From contig CAXHJY010000070.1 of the NCBI GenBank assembly GCA_964016885.1, positions 1 through 39,870 on the forward strand: a DNA stretch of 39,870 nucleotides. The letters run 5' to 3'. Positions 1-15,776 of the stretch are shown one piece after another; within the stretch, counting starts at the first letter, position 1, and each line of letters opens with the position of its first letter. Below the pieces are notes generated by a model, which saw only the letters and a program-made list of their open reading frames with translations, ran no database searches and was not told the DNA's origin. The position numbers and the translations under genes are program-made. This DNA is from Eledone cirrhosa (Eukaryota).

Positions 1-331
1 ATATATATATATATATAGTATTATATATATATAGTATATATATATGTATATATATATAGTATATAGTATATATATATATATATATATATCTATATATATA
101 TATGTATATATATATGTATTATATATATAGTATATATATATATATGTATATATATATAGTATATATATATATATATAGTATATATATATATATATAGTAT
201 ATATATATCGTATATATATATAGTATATATATATAGTATATATATATAGTATATAGATATAGTATATATATATATGTATATATATATAGTATATATGTAT
301 ATATATATATGTATATGTATATATATATAGT

Positions 332-362
<31 letters not shown>

Positions 363-705
363 GAGTATATATATATAGTATATATATATATGTATATATA
401 TATAGTATATATATATAGTATATATATATATATAGTATATATATGTATATATATATAGTATATATATATATATATATAGTATATATATATATGTATATAT
501 ATATGTATATATATATAGTATATATATATATATGTATATATATATAGTATATATATATATATATATAAAGTATATATATATATATAGTATATATATAGTA
601 TATATATATAGTATATTTATATAGTATATATATATAGTATATATATATAGTATATATATATATGTTTATATATATAGTATATATATATATGTATATATAT
701 ATATG

Positions 706-780
<75 letters not shown>

Positions 781-821
781 ATAATAAATATACCTTATAT
801 CTGGAAATCATACTGTATATA

Positions 822-861
<40 letters not shown>

Positions 862-871
862 TATATGTATA

Positions 872-911
<40 letters not shown>

Positions 912-925
912 TATATGTATATACG

Positions 926-958
<33 letters not shown>

Positions 959-1179
959 ACTACATTTATATATATATATATATATATACTATATGTTTAT
1001 ACTATATATATATATTATATATATACTATGTGTATATATATATATATATATACTATATATATATATATATACTATATATATATATATACTATATGTATAT
1101 ATATATACTATATATATATATATATAATATATGCATATATATATATACTATATGTATATATATATATATATTATATATA

Positions 1180-1235
<56 letters not shown>

Positions 1236-1283
1236 TATATATAAATACTATATGTATATATATATATATATATAAATATATAC

Positions 1284-1317
<34 letters not shown>

Positions 1318-1410
1318 CTATATGTATATATATATATATAAACTATATATATATATATATATAGATACTATATATATATATATATTTATATACTATATAT
1401 ATATATATAC

Positions 1411-1455
<45 letters not shown>

Positions 1456-1518
1456 TATATGTATATATTATATAATATATATACTATATATATATATATA
1501 CTATATGTATATATATAT

Positions 1519-1706
1519 AAAGGGCGGTGAATTGGCAGTATCGGTAGAGGGTCGGACATGCTTTCCAGCATAGTTACGTCGCCTTACGATCTGAGTTCAA
1601 ATCCTGCCGAGGTTAACTTTGCCTTTCATCCTTATGGGGTCGATAAAATAAAGTACCAGTAACGAACTGGGTAATTGCTGGCCTTGTGCCAAATGTAGAA
1701 ACAATT
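1519..1706 (+). mobile_element. tRNA-derived SINE, family A (octopus-type)
   Basis: Head GGCGGTGAATTGGCAG, B-box-like GAGTTCAAATCC, central GCCTTTCATCC...GGGGTCGATAAAATAAAGTACCAG, tail GCTGGCCTTGTGCC; about 10 related copies in the window. Confidence 0.9.
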
Positions 1707-2204
1707 ATATATATATATATACTATATGTATATATTATATATATATATATATAGTATATGTATATATTATATATATATATTATATATATATAGTATATAT
1801 ATATAGTATATATAAATAGTATATATATATATGTATATATATATAGTATATATATATAGTATATATATATAGTATATATATATAGTATATAAATATAGTA
1901 TATATATAGTATATATATATATATATATATAGTATATATATATAGTATATATATATATATATATATAGTATATATATATATAGTATATATATATATATAG
2001 TATATATATATATATATAGTATATATATATATATATAGTGTATATATATATATAGTATATATATATATATATAGTATATATATATATAGTATATATATAT
2101 ATATAGTATATATATATGTATATATGTATATATATATATAGTATATATATATATATATATATAGTATATATATATAGCATATATAAATATATATATATAT
2201 ATTG

Positions 2205-2235
<31 letters not shown>

Positions 2236-2315
2236 TATATATATATAGCATATATAAATATATATATATATAGTATATAAATATATATATATATATAGTA
2301 TATATATATATATAG

Positions 2316-2357
<42 letters not shown>

Positions 2358-2361
2358 TATA

Positions 2362-2395
<34 letters not shown>

Positions 2396-3143
2396 TATAT
2401 ATATAGATATATATATATATAGTATATATATATATAGATATATATAGTATATATATATATATATACTATATGTTTATATATATATATATATATATATACT
2501 ATATACTATATACTATATACTATATATATATAATACTATATATATATATATACTATATATATACTATATGTATATATATATATATATATACTATATATAT
2601 ATATATATACTATATATATATATATATGTATATACTATATATATATATATACTATATGTATATATATATATATATATATACTATATGTATATATTATATA
2701 TATATATACTATATATATATATATATATATACTATATATATATATATATATACTATATATATATTTATATACTATATATATATATATACATATAGTATAT
2801 ATATATATATATATATACAGTATATATATATAGTATATATATATATATGTATATATATATAGTATATATATATATAGTATATATATATAGTATATATATG
2901 TATATATATATAGTATATATATATATATATATATAGTATATATATATATATGTATATATATATAGTATATATATATATATGTATATATATATAGTATATA
3001 TATATATATATATAGTATATATATATATATATAGTATATATATATCGTATATATATAGTATATTTATATAGTATATATATATAGTATATAGATATAGTAT
3101 ATATATATATGTATATATATATATAGTATATATATATGTATAT

Positions 3144-3214
<71 letters not shown>

Positions 3215-3830
3215 TATATATATATAGTATATATATATATATGTATATATATATAGTATATATATATATATAGTATATATATGTATATATATATAGTATA
3301 TATATATATATATATAGTATATATATATATGTATATATATATGTATATATATATAGTATATATATATATATGTATTTATATATAGTATATATATATATAT
3401 ATATAGTATATATATATATATATATAGTATATATATATAGTATATATATATAGTATATTTATATAGTATATATATATATAGTATATATATATAGTATATA
3501 TATATATGTTTATATATATAGTATATATTTATATGTATATATATATATGTATATGTATTATATATATATATATATATATAATATATATATATATAATAAT
3601 AATAATAAATATACCTTATATCTGGAATTCATACTGTATATATATATATATATATGTACTATATGTATATGCTATATATATATACTATATGTATATACTA
3701 TATATATATATTATATATATACTATGTGTATATATATATATATATATATATACTATATGTATATATATATACTATATATATATATATATAATATATGCAT
3801 ATATATATATACTATATCTATATATATATA

Positions 3831-3872
<42 letters not shown>

Positions 3873-3971
3873 TATATGTATATATTATATATATATACTA
3901 TATGTATATATATATACTATATATATATATATATAATATATGCATATATATATATACTATATGTACATATA

Positions 3972-4006
<35 letters not shown>

Positions 4007-4033
4007 CTATATGTATATATTATATATATATAC

Positions 4034-4067
<34 letters not shown>

Positions 4068-4068
4068 C

Positions 4069-4105
<37 letters not shown>

Positions 4106-4181
4106 TATATGTATATATATATATATATAAACTATATATATATATATATATATATATACTATATATATATATATATTTATA

Positions 4182-4219
<38 letters not shown>

Positions 4220-4255
4220 TATATATATATATATATACTATATGTATATATATAT

Positions 4256-4443
4256 AAAGGGCGGTGAATTGGCAGTATCGGTAGAGGGTCGGACATGCTT
4301 TCCAGCATAGTTACGTCGCCTTACGATCTGAGTTCAAATCCTGCCGAGGTTAACTTTGCCTTTCATCCTTATGGGGTCGATAAAATAAAGTACCAGTAAC
4401 GTACTGGGTAATTGCTGGCCTTGTGCCAAATGTAGAAACAATT
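4256..4443 (+). mobile_element. tRNA-derived SINE, family A (near-identical duplicate of 1519-1706)
   Basis: Differs from the first copy at about one position; the flanking microsatellite pattern is also duplicated. Confidence 0.9.
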
Positions 4444-4777
4444 ATATATATATATATATACTATATGTATATATTATATATATATATATAGTATATGTAT
4501 ATATTATATATATATATTATATATATATAGTATATATATATAGTATATATAAATAGTATATATATATATATGTATATATAGTATATATATCTAGTATATA
4601 TATATAGTATATATATATATATATAATATATATATAGTATATATATATATATAGTATATATATATATATATATATAGTATATATATATATATAGTATATA
4701 TATATAGTGTATATATATATATAGTATATATATATATATAGTATATATATATATATATATAGTATATATATATATAG

Positions 4778-4811
<34 letters not shown>

Positions 4812-4813
<2 letters not shown>

Positions 4814-5645
4814 TTTTGAGTTTATGTTGGTTGTATACCAACACCCTAGTATGCAGCTGGAGCACTCGACGGAGTGCGCAGGTTGGTTTGTTTACTCCGG
4901 AGTAGTGTAAAATAAAGTTAAATAAAAGTAAAATGATTAAAATCCAGCTTCGTCCACCACCGCCATATATACCTCAGCGACAGCTGTTTTCTTCATTTAT
5001 TGCCTTATATTTCCTCATATACATGAAAGAACCCCCCCACCCCCCACCACCACCACCACCACTACGATCGTGGCGGGTGGGAGGAAGAGAAAACACAAAC
5101 AAACTGGATACTTCTAAATTGTTAGCAGCAGCAAGATATAAGCTGACCACTACAACAACAACAGTACCAAAATAATGGTGGAGGTCAAATGTACTGAACA
5201 ATAGCAGGCAAAAACACTACAGGGAGCCTCACCCCAGAAAGAATTCTATAGACTTCTGACTGAGGAATGCTCTCAGAACTGAACAATGGGAAGTTTGACA
5301 CATTTTTTGATATTTTGTTCCTTCAACACCTTGTCCCTTCTACCATTTTATCAATTTTTAAGCTAACTCCAACAATAACAACACTTAGAATGAAGAATGT
5401 TCTAATAACTGACCAATGAGAGGAGAAGGGGACCTGTGACACGAAAATTCGTTTGTTTGAATTCATATGACTCCAGTTCCCAAGTGAGTTAGCAGCCCAG
5501 CAGGGAACTGGGCATATCAGAGTATTGACAATATAGTGAACCTAGGCAGCATATGTGCTTGTCTATGCCATGCTGGTTCGGGCTGCCTGGGGGGGTCACG
5601 GCCGAGGATGGCTGTCGCTGAGATATATATGGCGGTGGTGGACAG
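4812..5645 (-). mobile_element. Putative non-autonomous fold-back element in (TA)n, with a 33-bp inverted repeat and a Penelope-like tail
   Basis: 4952-4984 is the reverse complement of 5611-5643 with 1 mismatch. The minus-strand tail ACTCCGGAGTAAACAAA...GAGTGCTCCA resembles the tail of the element at 14881-14977. Both ends abut microsatellite. Confidence 0.45.
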
Positions 5646-5780
5646 AGTATATATATATAGTATATATATGTATATATATATGTATATATATATAGTATAT
5701 ATATATATGTATATATATATAGTATATATATATATGTATATATATATAGTATATATATATATATATGTATATATATATAG

Positions 5781-5849
<69 letters not shown>

Positions 5850-5953
5850 TATATATATATATATAGTATATATATATAGTATATATATAGTATATATATC
5901 TATGTATATATATATAGTATATATATATATATGTATATATATATATGTATATG

Positions 5954-5998
<45 letters not shown>

Positions 5999-6051
5999 AT
6001 AAATATACCTTATATCTGGAAATCATACTGTATATATACTATATATATACA

Positions 6052-6108
<57 letters not shown>

Positions 6109-6318
6109 TATATGTATATACTATATATATATATATATTATATATATATATATACTATATGTATATATATATATATACTATATGTATATACTATATATAT
6201 ATATATATACTATGTGTATATATATTATATATATACTATGTGTATATATATATACTATATGTATATATATACTATATATATTTATATATACTATATGTAT
6301 ACATATATATATATATAC

Positions 6319-6441
<123 letters not shown>

Positions 6442-6473
6442 TATATGTATATATTATATATATATATATACTA

Positions 6474-6879
6474 TCACCTGGTGAAAACCCATAAACAAGG
6501 ATCCGATTTGAAAATCAGGCCCATTGTCTCTAGCGTGGAGGGCCCACTTTACAAAATATCGTGGCTGAACTCCACACTACTGAAACCCATTCTACACACA
6601 CTACCAGCCCACGTCTGCAGCTCAAAGGAGGTCTTGGAGCGACTACACCATCTGGCGCCCAACACCAGAAAGGACAACGGATATGCCTTCAGTCTTGATG
6701 TGGTCGCCCTTTATACCTCCGTACCAGCATCCCCAGCCGTCGACCTGTTGACCGAACGAGTCCGAGCATCTAACTTACACTACTTCGGACTCACACACAC
6801 GGACATCCACCAACTCCTCTCCTTCGTTGTGGATTATGCATTCTTCAATTTCCTCGGCCACACGTACAAACAGATAAGT
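6474..6879 (+). pseudogene. Penelope-like reverse transcriptase fragment, GC-rich family (RT N-terminal motifs)
   Basis: Translation YHLVKTHK...IRPIVS...[13 protein letters not shown]...[12 protein letters not shown] contains the typical PLE RT motifs K-x-H-K, RPIVS and D-x-x-x-LYT; it starts directly after (TA)n. Confidence 0.88.
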
Positions 6880-8348
6880 TTATTCAGCTGGATATTTCTA
6901 ACTACTATTCATCTATCACTCCTAATCTACTGAATAAGGCACTAAATTACGCATTTAAACATACACACCTAACTAGCAATGAAATGCACATTATATTATC
7001 GGCAAGGAAAACATTGATAGAATTTAATAACCAACTCTGGACTAGGGCAGATAGAAATAATAATTTCGACATAACTATGGGATCATCAGACTCAGCTCAG
7101 GTAACGGACCTTGTGGGCCTATTTATAATTAATTCGCTACATAGAAAAATACCAGGTGTAACCGGAGGCTTATATCGTGATGACATGCTTTTACTTATAC
7201 AAAATAATAGCTGTGAACTAAATAGAAAAAGAAAACAAATTATACAATTTTTTAGTTACCTTAATCTAAAAGTAGAAATAGAGAATAACCATAAAATAGT
7301 CAATTTTCGTGACGTAACACTAAATCTCAACACATGTCTTCATTATCCATTTCACAAACTAAATGAGAACTTGAATTATGTTAATTTTAACTCTAATAAC
7401 CCCAGATCTGTTAAAAATACTATAGTGAACTCTGTTCAAGAAAGAATTTCAAAAATTTCATCTAATAAAAATATATTTGATGAAAAAGCGCAGTATTACA
7501 ACGAAGCGTTAGGTAGAGCTGGATATAGAAATAAAATTAAATACATTGATAATAATAATAATAAGCAAACTAACCAAAATAATAACAATTTTAATTATGG
7601 TAACAACTTTAACAACTATAACAGAAAACATTACAATAATTCCAAAAGCCGAAAAAGAAATAGAACTAGAAATATATTATGGTTTTCTCCCCCTTTCTCA
7701 CTAAATATTAAAACCCCTATTGCTAAACTATTCTTTAAAGCTCTTGACAAACGCTTCCCTAGAACACATAAATATTACTCAATTTTTAATAGACACACTA
7801 TAAAATTAACTTACTCGTCCACCAAAAATTTAGCACAAAATATTAATAGAATTAATAATAGAAATTTAAAACCTAACCAAAATACCAATAATAACCCGAG
7901 CAATATTCAATTGAATAACTGTAACTGTAGAAATAAATCTAACTGTCCGTTAAATAACAACTGCTTAGCTAAAAATGTAGTGTACAATTGTAATGTTAAA
8001 ACTAATTTAAATTCATTTAACTATGTTGGTTCTACCTCTACATAATTTAAATTTCGCTTCAATAATCATAAAAATTCTTTCACAGATCCAAACAAAAAAT
8101 CTTCAACTTCGCTATCTAGCCTACTATGGGACCTAAAACGAGATAATGTTAAATATTCGATGACTTGGAATATTATTTCATAAGCTACTCCTTTTAATTC
8201 CTCTTCAGAAAATTGTGATCTTTGTATTGAAGAAATATTCTTTATATTAAAGTCCAAAAATTCCCTTAATTTAAGGAACAATTTATTCAGTTGCTGCAGA
8301 CATAGATTGAACTCAACGTTTAAATATAAATATAAATTTAAAATGTAG
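6874..8348 (+). pseudogene. PLE RT + GIY-YIG endonuclease, disrupted
   Basis: Motifs FIQLDI, ITMGS, GLYRDD, WFSPPFS, CNCRNKSNCPL, VVY...YVGST and CDLC. Frameshift near 6900. The in-frame TAA at 8043-8045 is GAA in E4, and the frame continues to TAG at 8346-8348. Confidence 0.9.
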
Positions 8349-9498
8349 TATAATTAATTAAGTAATTTAGTTAATATATGAAACCTGTTGATAAATCATT
8401 AGATTCCTTCACCTTTTTCTTTTTAAATTTTCTTCCTAAATATAAACATAGATATAATAAACTACTCTAAAATGTCTATACTTCCAATGTCTTAAATAAA
8501 ATATACGTAAGATAAATTTCTATACTAAATATAAGGATATCTGTAGAATCCTTGGGTTTTTTAAATCTTTTAATTTTTTTAATTTTTTAATTTTTAAAAC
8601 TTTTTTAAATTTTTTAAATTTTTTAAATTTTTTAATTTTTTAATTTTTAAATTATAATATTATAATATAATATTTATTTAACTTTTATTTTTATTTTATT
8701 TTTATTTATTTTTATTTATTTTTATTTATTTTATTTATTTTTATTTATTTTTATTTATTTTTATTTATTTTTATTAGTTTTGTTTTGATTCTGATAGCCT
8801 CTCATAATTTTCATAAGTCTACCCTTTCAATATCTTGATTGAAATATACGTAGGAAAAATTTCTATACTAAATATATGAAACATATTATTTTAACTTAAG
8901 ATACTATTTAGTGTTTTAAAGATATTTAATGCTTTGATATTTCTAGAATTCGTTTGTCCTTTTGACTATACTGATAGAATTGTATTTCCAAAATATAATC
9001 CTTTGGTATTTTAAATTTATATTGTTAAAATTATATTTCCAAAGTATAATCCTTAGTAATATATTGATATTTGATTATCTCAATACAAATGTGTATGTGT
9101 GTATTAACATGCATATAAAAGTGTTATAGGTTTTTTGTGATTATATATATGTCTGTATGTATACATGAGCGATGCGGGAAGACGCACGCAAATATTTATT
9201 TATACATATATATGTGTATATATATATATATATGTATATGTATGTGTATGGGTAAGAGATATGTTGTCTAACCACGCAGTTTTGATTGCAGATATGCATA
9301 ATTTTAACAGAATGTTAAATGCATGAATGGTAATCGTATATATGAAGATATGAATGTTAATCGTATATATTTATGTATATATACTGTGAACTTTTTATAA
9401 CACAAGGAATGTATAGCAGTGATTAAGAGAAATCGTCTGCGTTTTGTATGTCTATATTGTTGACTTGAGTAAATATAATTTCTATTTTCAGGACGTGC

Positions 9499-9576
<78 letters not shown>

Positions 9577-10176
9577 GTGTCTTTGCCTAAGATACTGATT
9601 TCTCTAGCAATGTGTACATTTTGGATGATTAAACCCAAATTTTGGTATATTGATCTCAAGGTTTAAACTAAACATATAGTCATTATTAAACAGTGTTTAA
9701 TTTCTCATATTATATATTTATGTCCCATTCATGAATATAAATATTTATATTTTTATTATTCATTTCATATAAATTGTTAACTCAACTTAATATGACATGA
9801 CGTAAAGTTTTCATTATCTCCCCCTCTCTCTATAGAATATTTCTCTCTCTTGAGTTTTTCTATCTGTCTGATGACTTAATTTCTCTCTGCTGCTTTCCTC
9901 TGGTTTTCTTATTTCTTCCTTTTTTTTCTTTCTTTCCTCCTGTCTTTACTTATCTCTTTCTTTTTTCTCCATGCATTTCTCTCTCTCCGATATTTCGCCA
10001 CGTTATTTCTTTCTCTCTCTCCGTCTTTTTCTTTCTCTCCGTCTTTTTCTAATTGTCTCTAACACTATGACTTATTAAAATAATATAAACAACTCACTAT
10101 TCGGATGGCTTCCAAAAATAATGGTTGCATTTTAATCGGGTACGTCAAAGCTTATTTGTAAAACTGTTATATATTG

Positions 10177-10241
10177 TATTTTGTCTGATGAAGGCATACC
10201 ATAATTTAATTTGGTATCACTGAAATATGTATAATGAAATA
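10177..10241 (+). ncRNA. Type I hammerhead ribozyme in the E1 3' region
   Basis: Stem I TATTTTGT/ATGAAATA, core CTGATGA (10185-10191), stem II AG..ATACCA/TGGTAT..CT, GAAA (10222-10225), self-complementary stem III ATATGTAT, AUA triplet with predicted cut after 10233. Confidence 0.8.
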
Positions 10242-10281
10242 AATATGGTTTTATAAATATAGTTTCCATTTATTGATATCG

Positions 10282-12082
<1,801 letters not shown>

Positions 12083-12345
12083 AAGAGAGTATTGAAGTTT
12101 GCTTGAAGCATTGTGGAACAATAAGTAAATATTTATAAGTCGTTTGGAAGCCTCGACAATGCAAATGGGTAAATCTCCGGGTAACAAGGTCCGGTGGTGG
12201 AGAGAGAGATATGTAAGTGGGTGTACGTTGAGATGCGTGGTGTGTATAAGATGTGTGAGATGTGTAGAATGAAGGGAAGAGTAAAAGAATAAAAATAATA
12301 ATAACAACACAAGAGAGAGAGTTACCTTGGGAGAGATTTAATAGT

Positions 12346-12381
12346 CCCTATATATTTCGGATTCACATCCATCAACTGGGG
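12346..12381 (-). ncRNA. Atypical or degenerate minimal hammerhead motif
   Basis: Minus strand reads CCC CAGTTGA T GGAT-GTGA-ATCC GAAA TAT ATA GGG. The core has 2 changes from CUGAUGA but keeps C3, G5, G8 and A9. Confidence 0.5.
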
Positions 12382-12790
12382 TTTTTTCCGGGGTGGGGGA
12401 AAAGGTTGTCTGTCGGACAATTCGGAACGCGTCTTTCGCTGTCTGTTGATTTGAATATCCGAGGTATTCGGCCGAGCGCGCGTGCGCGTGAAATTGGGTC
12501 GGTCATACAGAGGTCAGCGGCCGAATGAGGGAGTGGGATGGCGCTAGCTGTCAGTCCATTCTCTGCCTGTTTGTTAAACGTTACTGTGTGTGTGTGCGCG
12601 TGTGTTGTTGTCTCGCTTGAGTGTGTGTGTGTGTGTGTGCGTGTGTTGTTGCCTTGTTCATCTGTATTGGCAGTGTAGTATGTTCGTATGGTGGAATGCT
12701 ACTGTGTGTGTGTGTGCGTGTGTGTGTAGTTGTCTCGTTTGCGTGTGTGTGTGTGTGCGTGTGTTGTGTGTTGTTGCATCGCTTGTTAAC

Positions 12791-13930
12791 TTAAACCAGC
12801 CATTTAATTTCGCTTCTCTCTAATCGGTTGTTTATTTGCGGTTGCAGTTGTTTGATAAGAAGCGCTTCCTTAATACGTAACGTGCCGACGTTTCTTTCAG
12901 TCGCTAGAATTGTGACAATGGGCCTTCCGTCTTTGTTTCCGCATTTGTCTATGTGTTTCCGGAAAGACGAGGCCCTGGTTTTAATGTGTTCCTTGATCCG
13001 GATGTGCAAAGGTCGAATTGTGCTACCTATGTAGTATTGGTTGCACCTGTCACATTCTATCTTATACACAACGTATGTGCGTAGGCAACAGTTAGCATGG
13101 CGTATCGGGCAGTCTCTGAGGGAGCATGCGTCAGTAGATTTTTCGGGTTTTCTGGAGAGGCATCTTCGCAGGGAGGGGCCCGAGTGGGCCAGGTGGATGT
13201 CGAGGCCCTCCCTCCGTATAGCCTTGCGGATAGCGTTGGTGGTTTTCTCGCCCAGGTGTGGCATTTTAAGGAAGCACTTGCCTTGGGTGCTTCTCTGTCT
13301 CTTGCCTCTGGTGTCTCCTATTCTGTCTGTGATCGAGGTAGGGTACCCGTTCGTCTCCAGCACCTCGAGGAATCGCTTGGTATGAGTGACACCACTGGCG
13401 GGATCGCTGCATCTGTTTTTGATTCGCGCGATCTCGTTCGTGGTGTATCCTCTTTTGGCACTGTTAGGGAGGGCGGACTTGTAGTGAACGAATAGGTCCC
13501 TGCAGGCTGCCTTTCTGTAGAAGTTGCAGTGGATCCCTCCTTGTTCCGTGTTGTTGATTCGGAAGTCGAGGAGGGCAAGTGACCCGTCTTCGTTGGGTGT
13601 TCAACACTGAAGTCAATGTTCTCGTCCGTGTTGTTGAACGTCTCATAGATTCTGTTAGCCGTGTCTTGGGAAGATGTGAGGATGAGGATATCGTCCACGT
13701 ATCTGGAGAAAAAGGCTACGGCGTTGGGGTGGCAGGCGTTGAGAGCCTTTCGTTCGAGGTTGTCCATGTAGGAGATCGCTAGCACACCTGATAGACTTGA
13801 TCCCATGGGCAATCCCGAGGTTTGTTGTTATATTTGGTCAAGGAATCCGAAGTAGGTGTTGTCGACGACGATGGATAGGAGTTGGTGGATGTCAGTGGTG
13901 GTGAGCCCGAAGCAGTGTAGGTCGGTGGAT
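12791..13930 (-). pseudogene. PLE RT (GLPMGS, RYVDD) + GIY-YIG endonuclease, disrupted
   Basis: Motifs GLPMGSSLSGVLA, FSRYVDDIL, NGYP, VVYKIECDRCNQYYIGSTIRPLHIRIKEH and EALLIKQLQPQIN; one stop near 13830 and frameshifts near 13575 and 13385. Confidence 0.9.
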
Positions 13931-14444
13931 TATATATATATATATATGTATATACTATATATATATATATATATGTATATACTATATATATATATATGTA
14001 TATACTATATATATATATATATATATATGTATATACTATATATATATATATATATGTATATACTATATATATATATATGTATATACTATATATATATATA
14101 TATATATGTATATACTATATATATATATGTATATACTATATATATATATATATGTATATACTATATATATATATATATATGTATATACTATATATATATA
14201 TGTATATACTATATATATATATATGTATATACTATATATATATACTATATATATATATACTATATATATATGTATATACTATATATATATATGTATATAC
14301 TATATATATATATGTATATACTATATATATATGTATATACTATATATATATATATGTATATACTATATATATATATATGTATATACTATATATATATATA
14401 TGTATATACTATATATATGTATATAATATATATATATATATATA

Positions 14445-14488
<44 letters not shown>
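13931..14488. repeat. Compound microsatellite, (TA)n with GTATATAC units
   Basis: Same unit as 11250-12082. Confidence 0.95.
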
Positions 14489-14492
<4 letters not shown>

Positions 14493-14597
14493 GAACGATC
14501 GACTTTCGTCAAATCGGACCGAGGGAACAATGTTTCCGTTGGTCTTTCCAATTGCTAATACTATCTATCGGTCGCAACTCCAGGTAGAAGGAGCAAC

Positions 14598-14710
14598 GTG
14601 AAATAAAGTGTCTTGCTCAAGGACATAACGCGTCGCCTGGTCCAGGAATCGAACTCACAACCTTACGATTGCGAATCCAATTCTCTAACCACTCAGCCAC
14701 ACGCCTTCAC
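14598..14710 (-). mobile_element. tRNA-derived SINE, family B (5' part, CORE-like)
   Basis: Minus strand has A box TGGCTGAGTGG, B box GTTCGATTCC, then TGTCCTTGAGCAAGACACT. Confidence 0.85.
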
Positions 14711-14775
14711 TATATATATATACTGTAGTTGTTATATAGTAAGGTGTATTATGCCTTCGGATCTTTATTTTATTT

Positions 14776-14834
14776 TGATAAAGTACCAGTAATGAACTGG
14801 GTTATTGCTGGCCTTGTGCCTAAAGTAGAAACAA
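14776..14834 (+). mobile_element. SINE family A, 3' fragment
   Basis: AAAGTACCAGTAATGAACTGGG...GCTGGCCTTGTGCC. Confidence 0.8.
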
Positions 14835-15015
14835 AGATATATATACTGTATGTATACATTTTATATATATATATATATATCTTTAAAGGTTAAACAAGGT
14901 CCAATGAATAAATTAAAGAATGAGTTTTACAATAGATTGGAAGCACTCCATAGTATTTGGTTATCCGGAGTTATTAGTATTAATTCAAAATATTAAACAT
15001 TCGTGTGATCAAGTG

Positions 15016-15082
15016 TATTTTATTATACATATTTCAGAGTCACTGAGCTATCTTCAGCAGTACGTCCTCATCAGATAAAATA
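15016..15082 (-). ncRNA. Type I hammerhead ribozyme (E2 3' arm)
   Basis: TATTTTAT CTGATGA GGACGTACTG...CAGTGACTCT GAAA TATGT ATA ATAAAATA. Confidence 0.8.
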
Positions 15083-15776
15083 AGATGATGCATGACATAC
15101 CCTGACTTAGTAGATGGTTAAGATTCAGTCATGGTAGTGAATAAGATATGACAAAACTCAATATTTATATACCTTAAGATGGAGACATGAAAAAATTACA
15201 CATAATACTGAGGGTGCGTGTGAGAAAGCTTAAAAATACATAATAGCAATTTATATAACTGTTAGAGATTCAAATAATTTAAATTATTGAAGAAAGAAGA
15301 AAGACAGAAAGAAACAGATGAGGAAAAAGATAGTTACTAGAAGTATAGAAAGCAAAAGAGAATTGATCAAGGATAGAGAGACAAGGAGGAATAATTTATA
15401 TGGTATAAAGCATAGGGAGGGAGATTTGTATTGTCGTGGATAAATAGCGTGTGATTAGATGATGCAAAAAAAAATATATATATAAATACATAAATATACA
15501 TTTCGGCATAGCTTTGTGAAAGAGTAAACTCGAATCTTTGAATTATCTAGAAATAATCAATCAATTTAAATATTAAATATATCTGGGTGTAATTATATGA
15601 GGGTTTAATTTCTAGTCCTTAGTTAATTAGAAATATACTAACAATTAATTATATATATTATATATCCAAACGTATCCGGATGACCGTTAAATTTCGAATC
15701 ATTTATATTAGTTCAGATTAATGAGTTAATCTAAAGGTATAATATTTCAGGCTATAAAAATTTATAAGTATCTGTT

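Larger units (their letters stand above)
1..4811. repeat. Degenerate (TA)n microsatellite region with TAG/CTA/TG interruptions, interrupted by two SINEs
   Basis: Directly visible; it generates the IY-repeat ORFs. Confidence 0.97.
6874..10283 (+). mobile_element. Penelope-like element E1 (Hydra-clade-like), 5'-truncated
   Basis: RT-EN reading frame, a long AT-rich 3' region, an HHR near the 3' end, and termination in (TA)n; same family as E4 (34872-37964). Confidence 0.9.
12083..13930 (-). mobile_element. Penelope-like element, GC-rich family, 5'-truncated
   Basis: RT C-terminal half, GIY-YIG domain, and a 3' region with (CA)n and an HHR-like motif; flanked on both sides by the same compound microsatellite. 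Confidence 0.9.

Noticed and set aside
12828-13782. Plus-strand ORFs over the GC-rich element, and the minus-strand ORFs 8066-8281 and 30982-31290
   Set aside because: They are antisense shadows of PLE coding sequence with no independent motifs.
14630-14710. tRNA gene
   Set aside because: A and B boxes are present but run into a SINE body, and no convincing cloverleaf forms.
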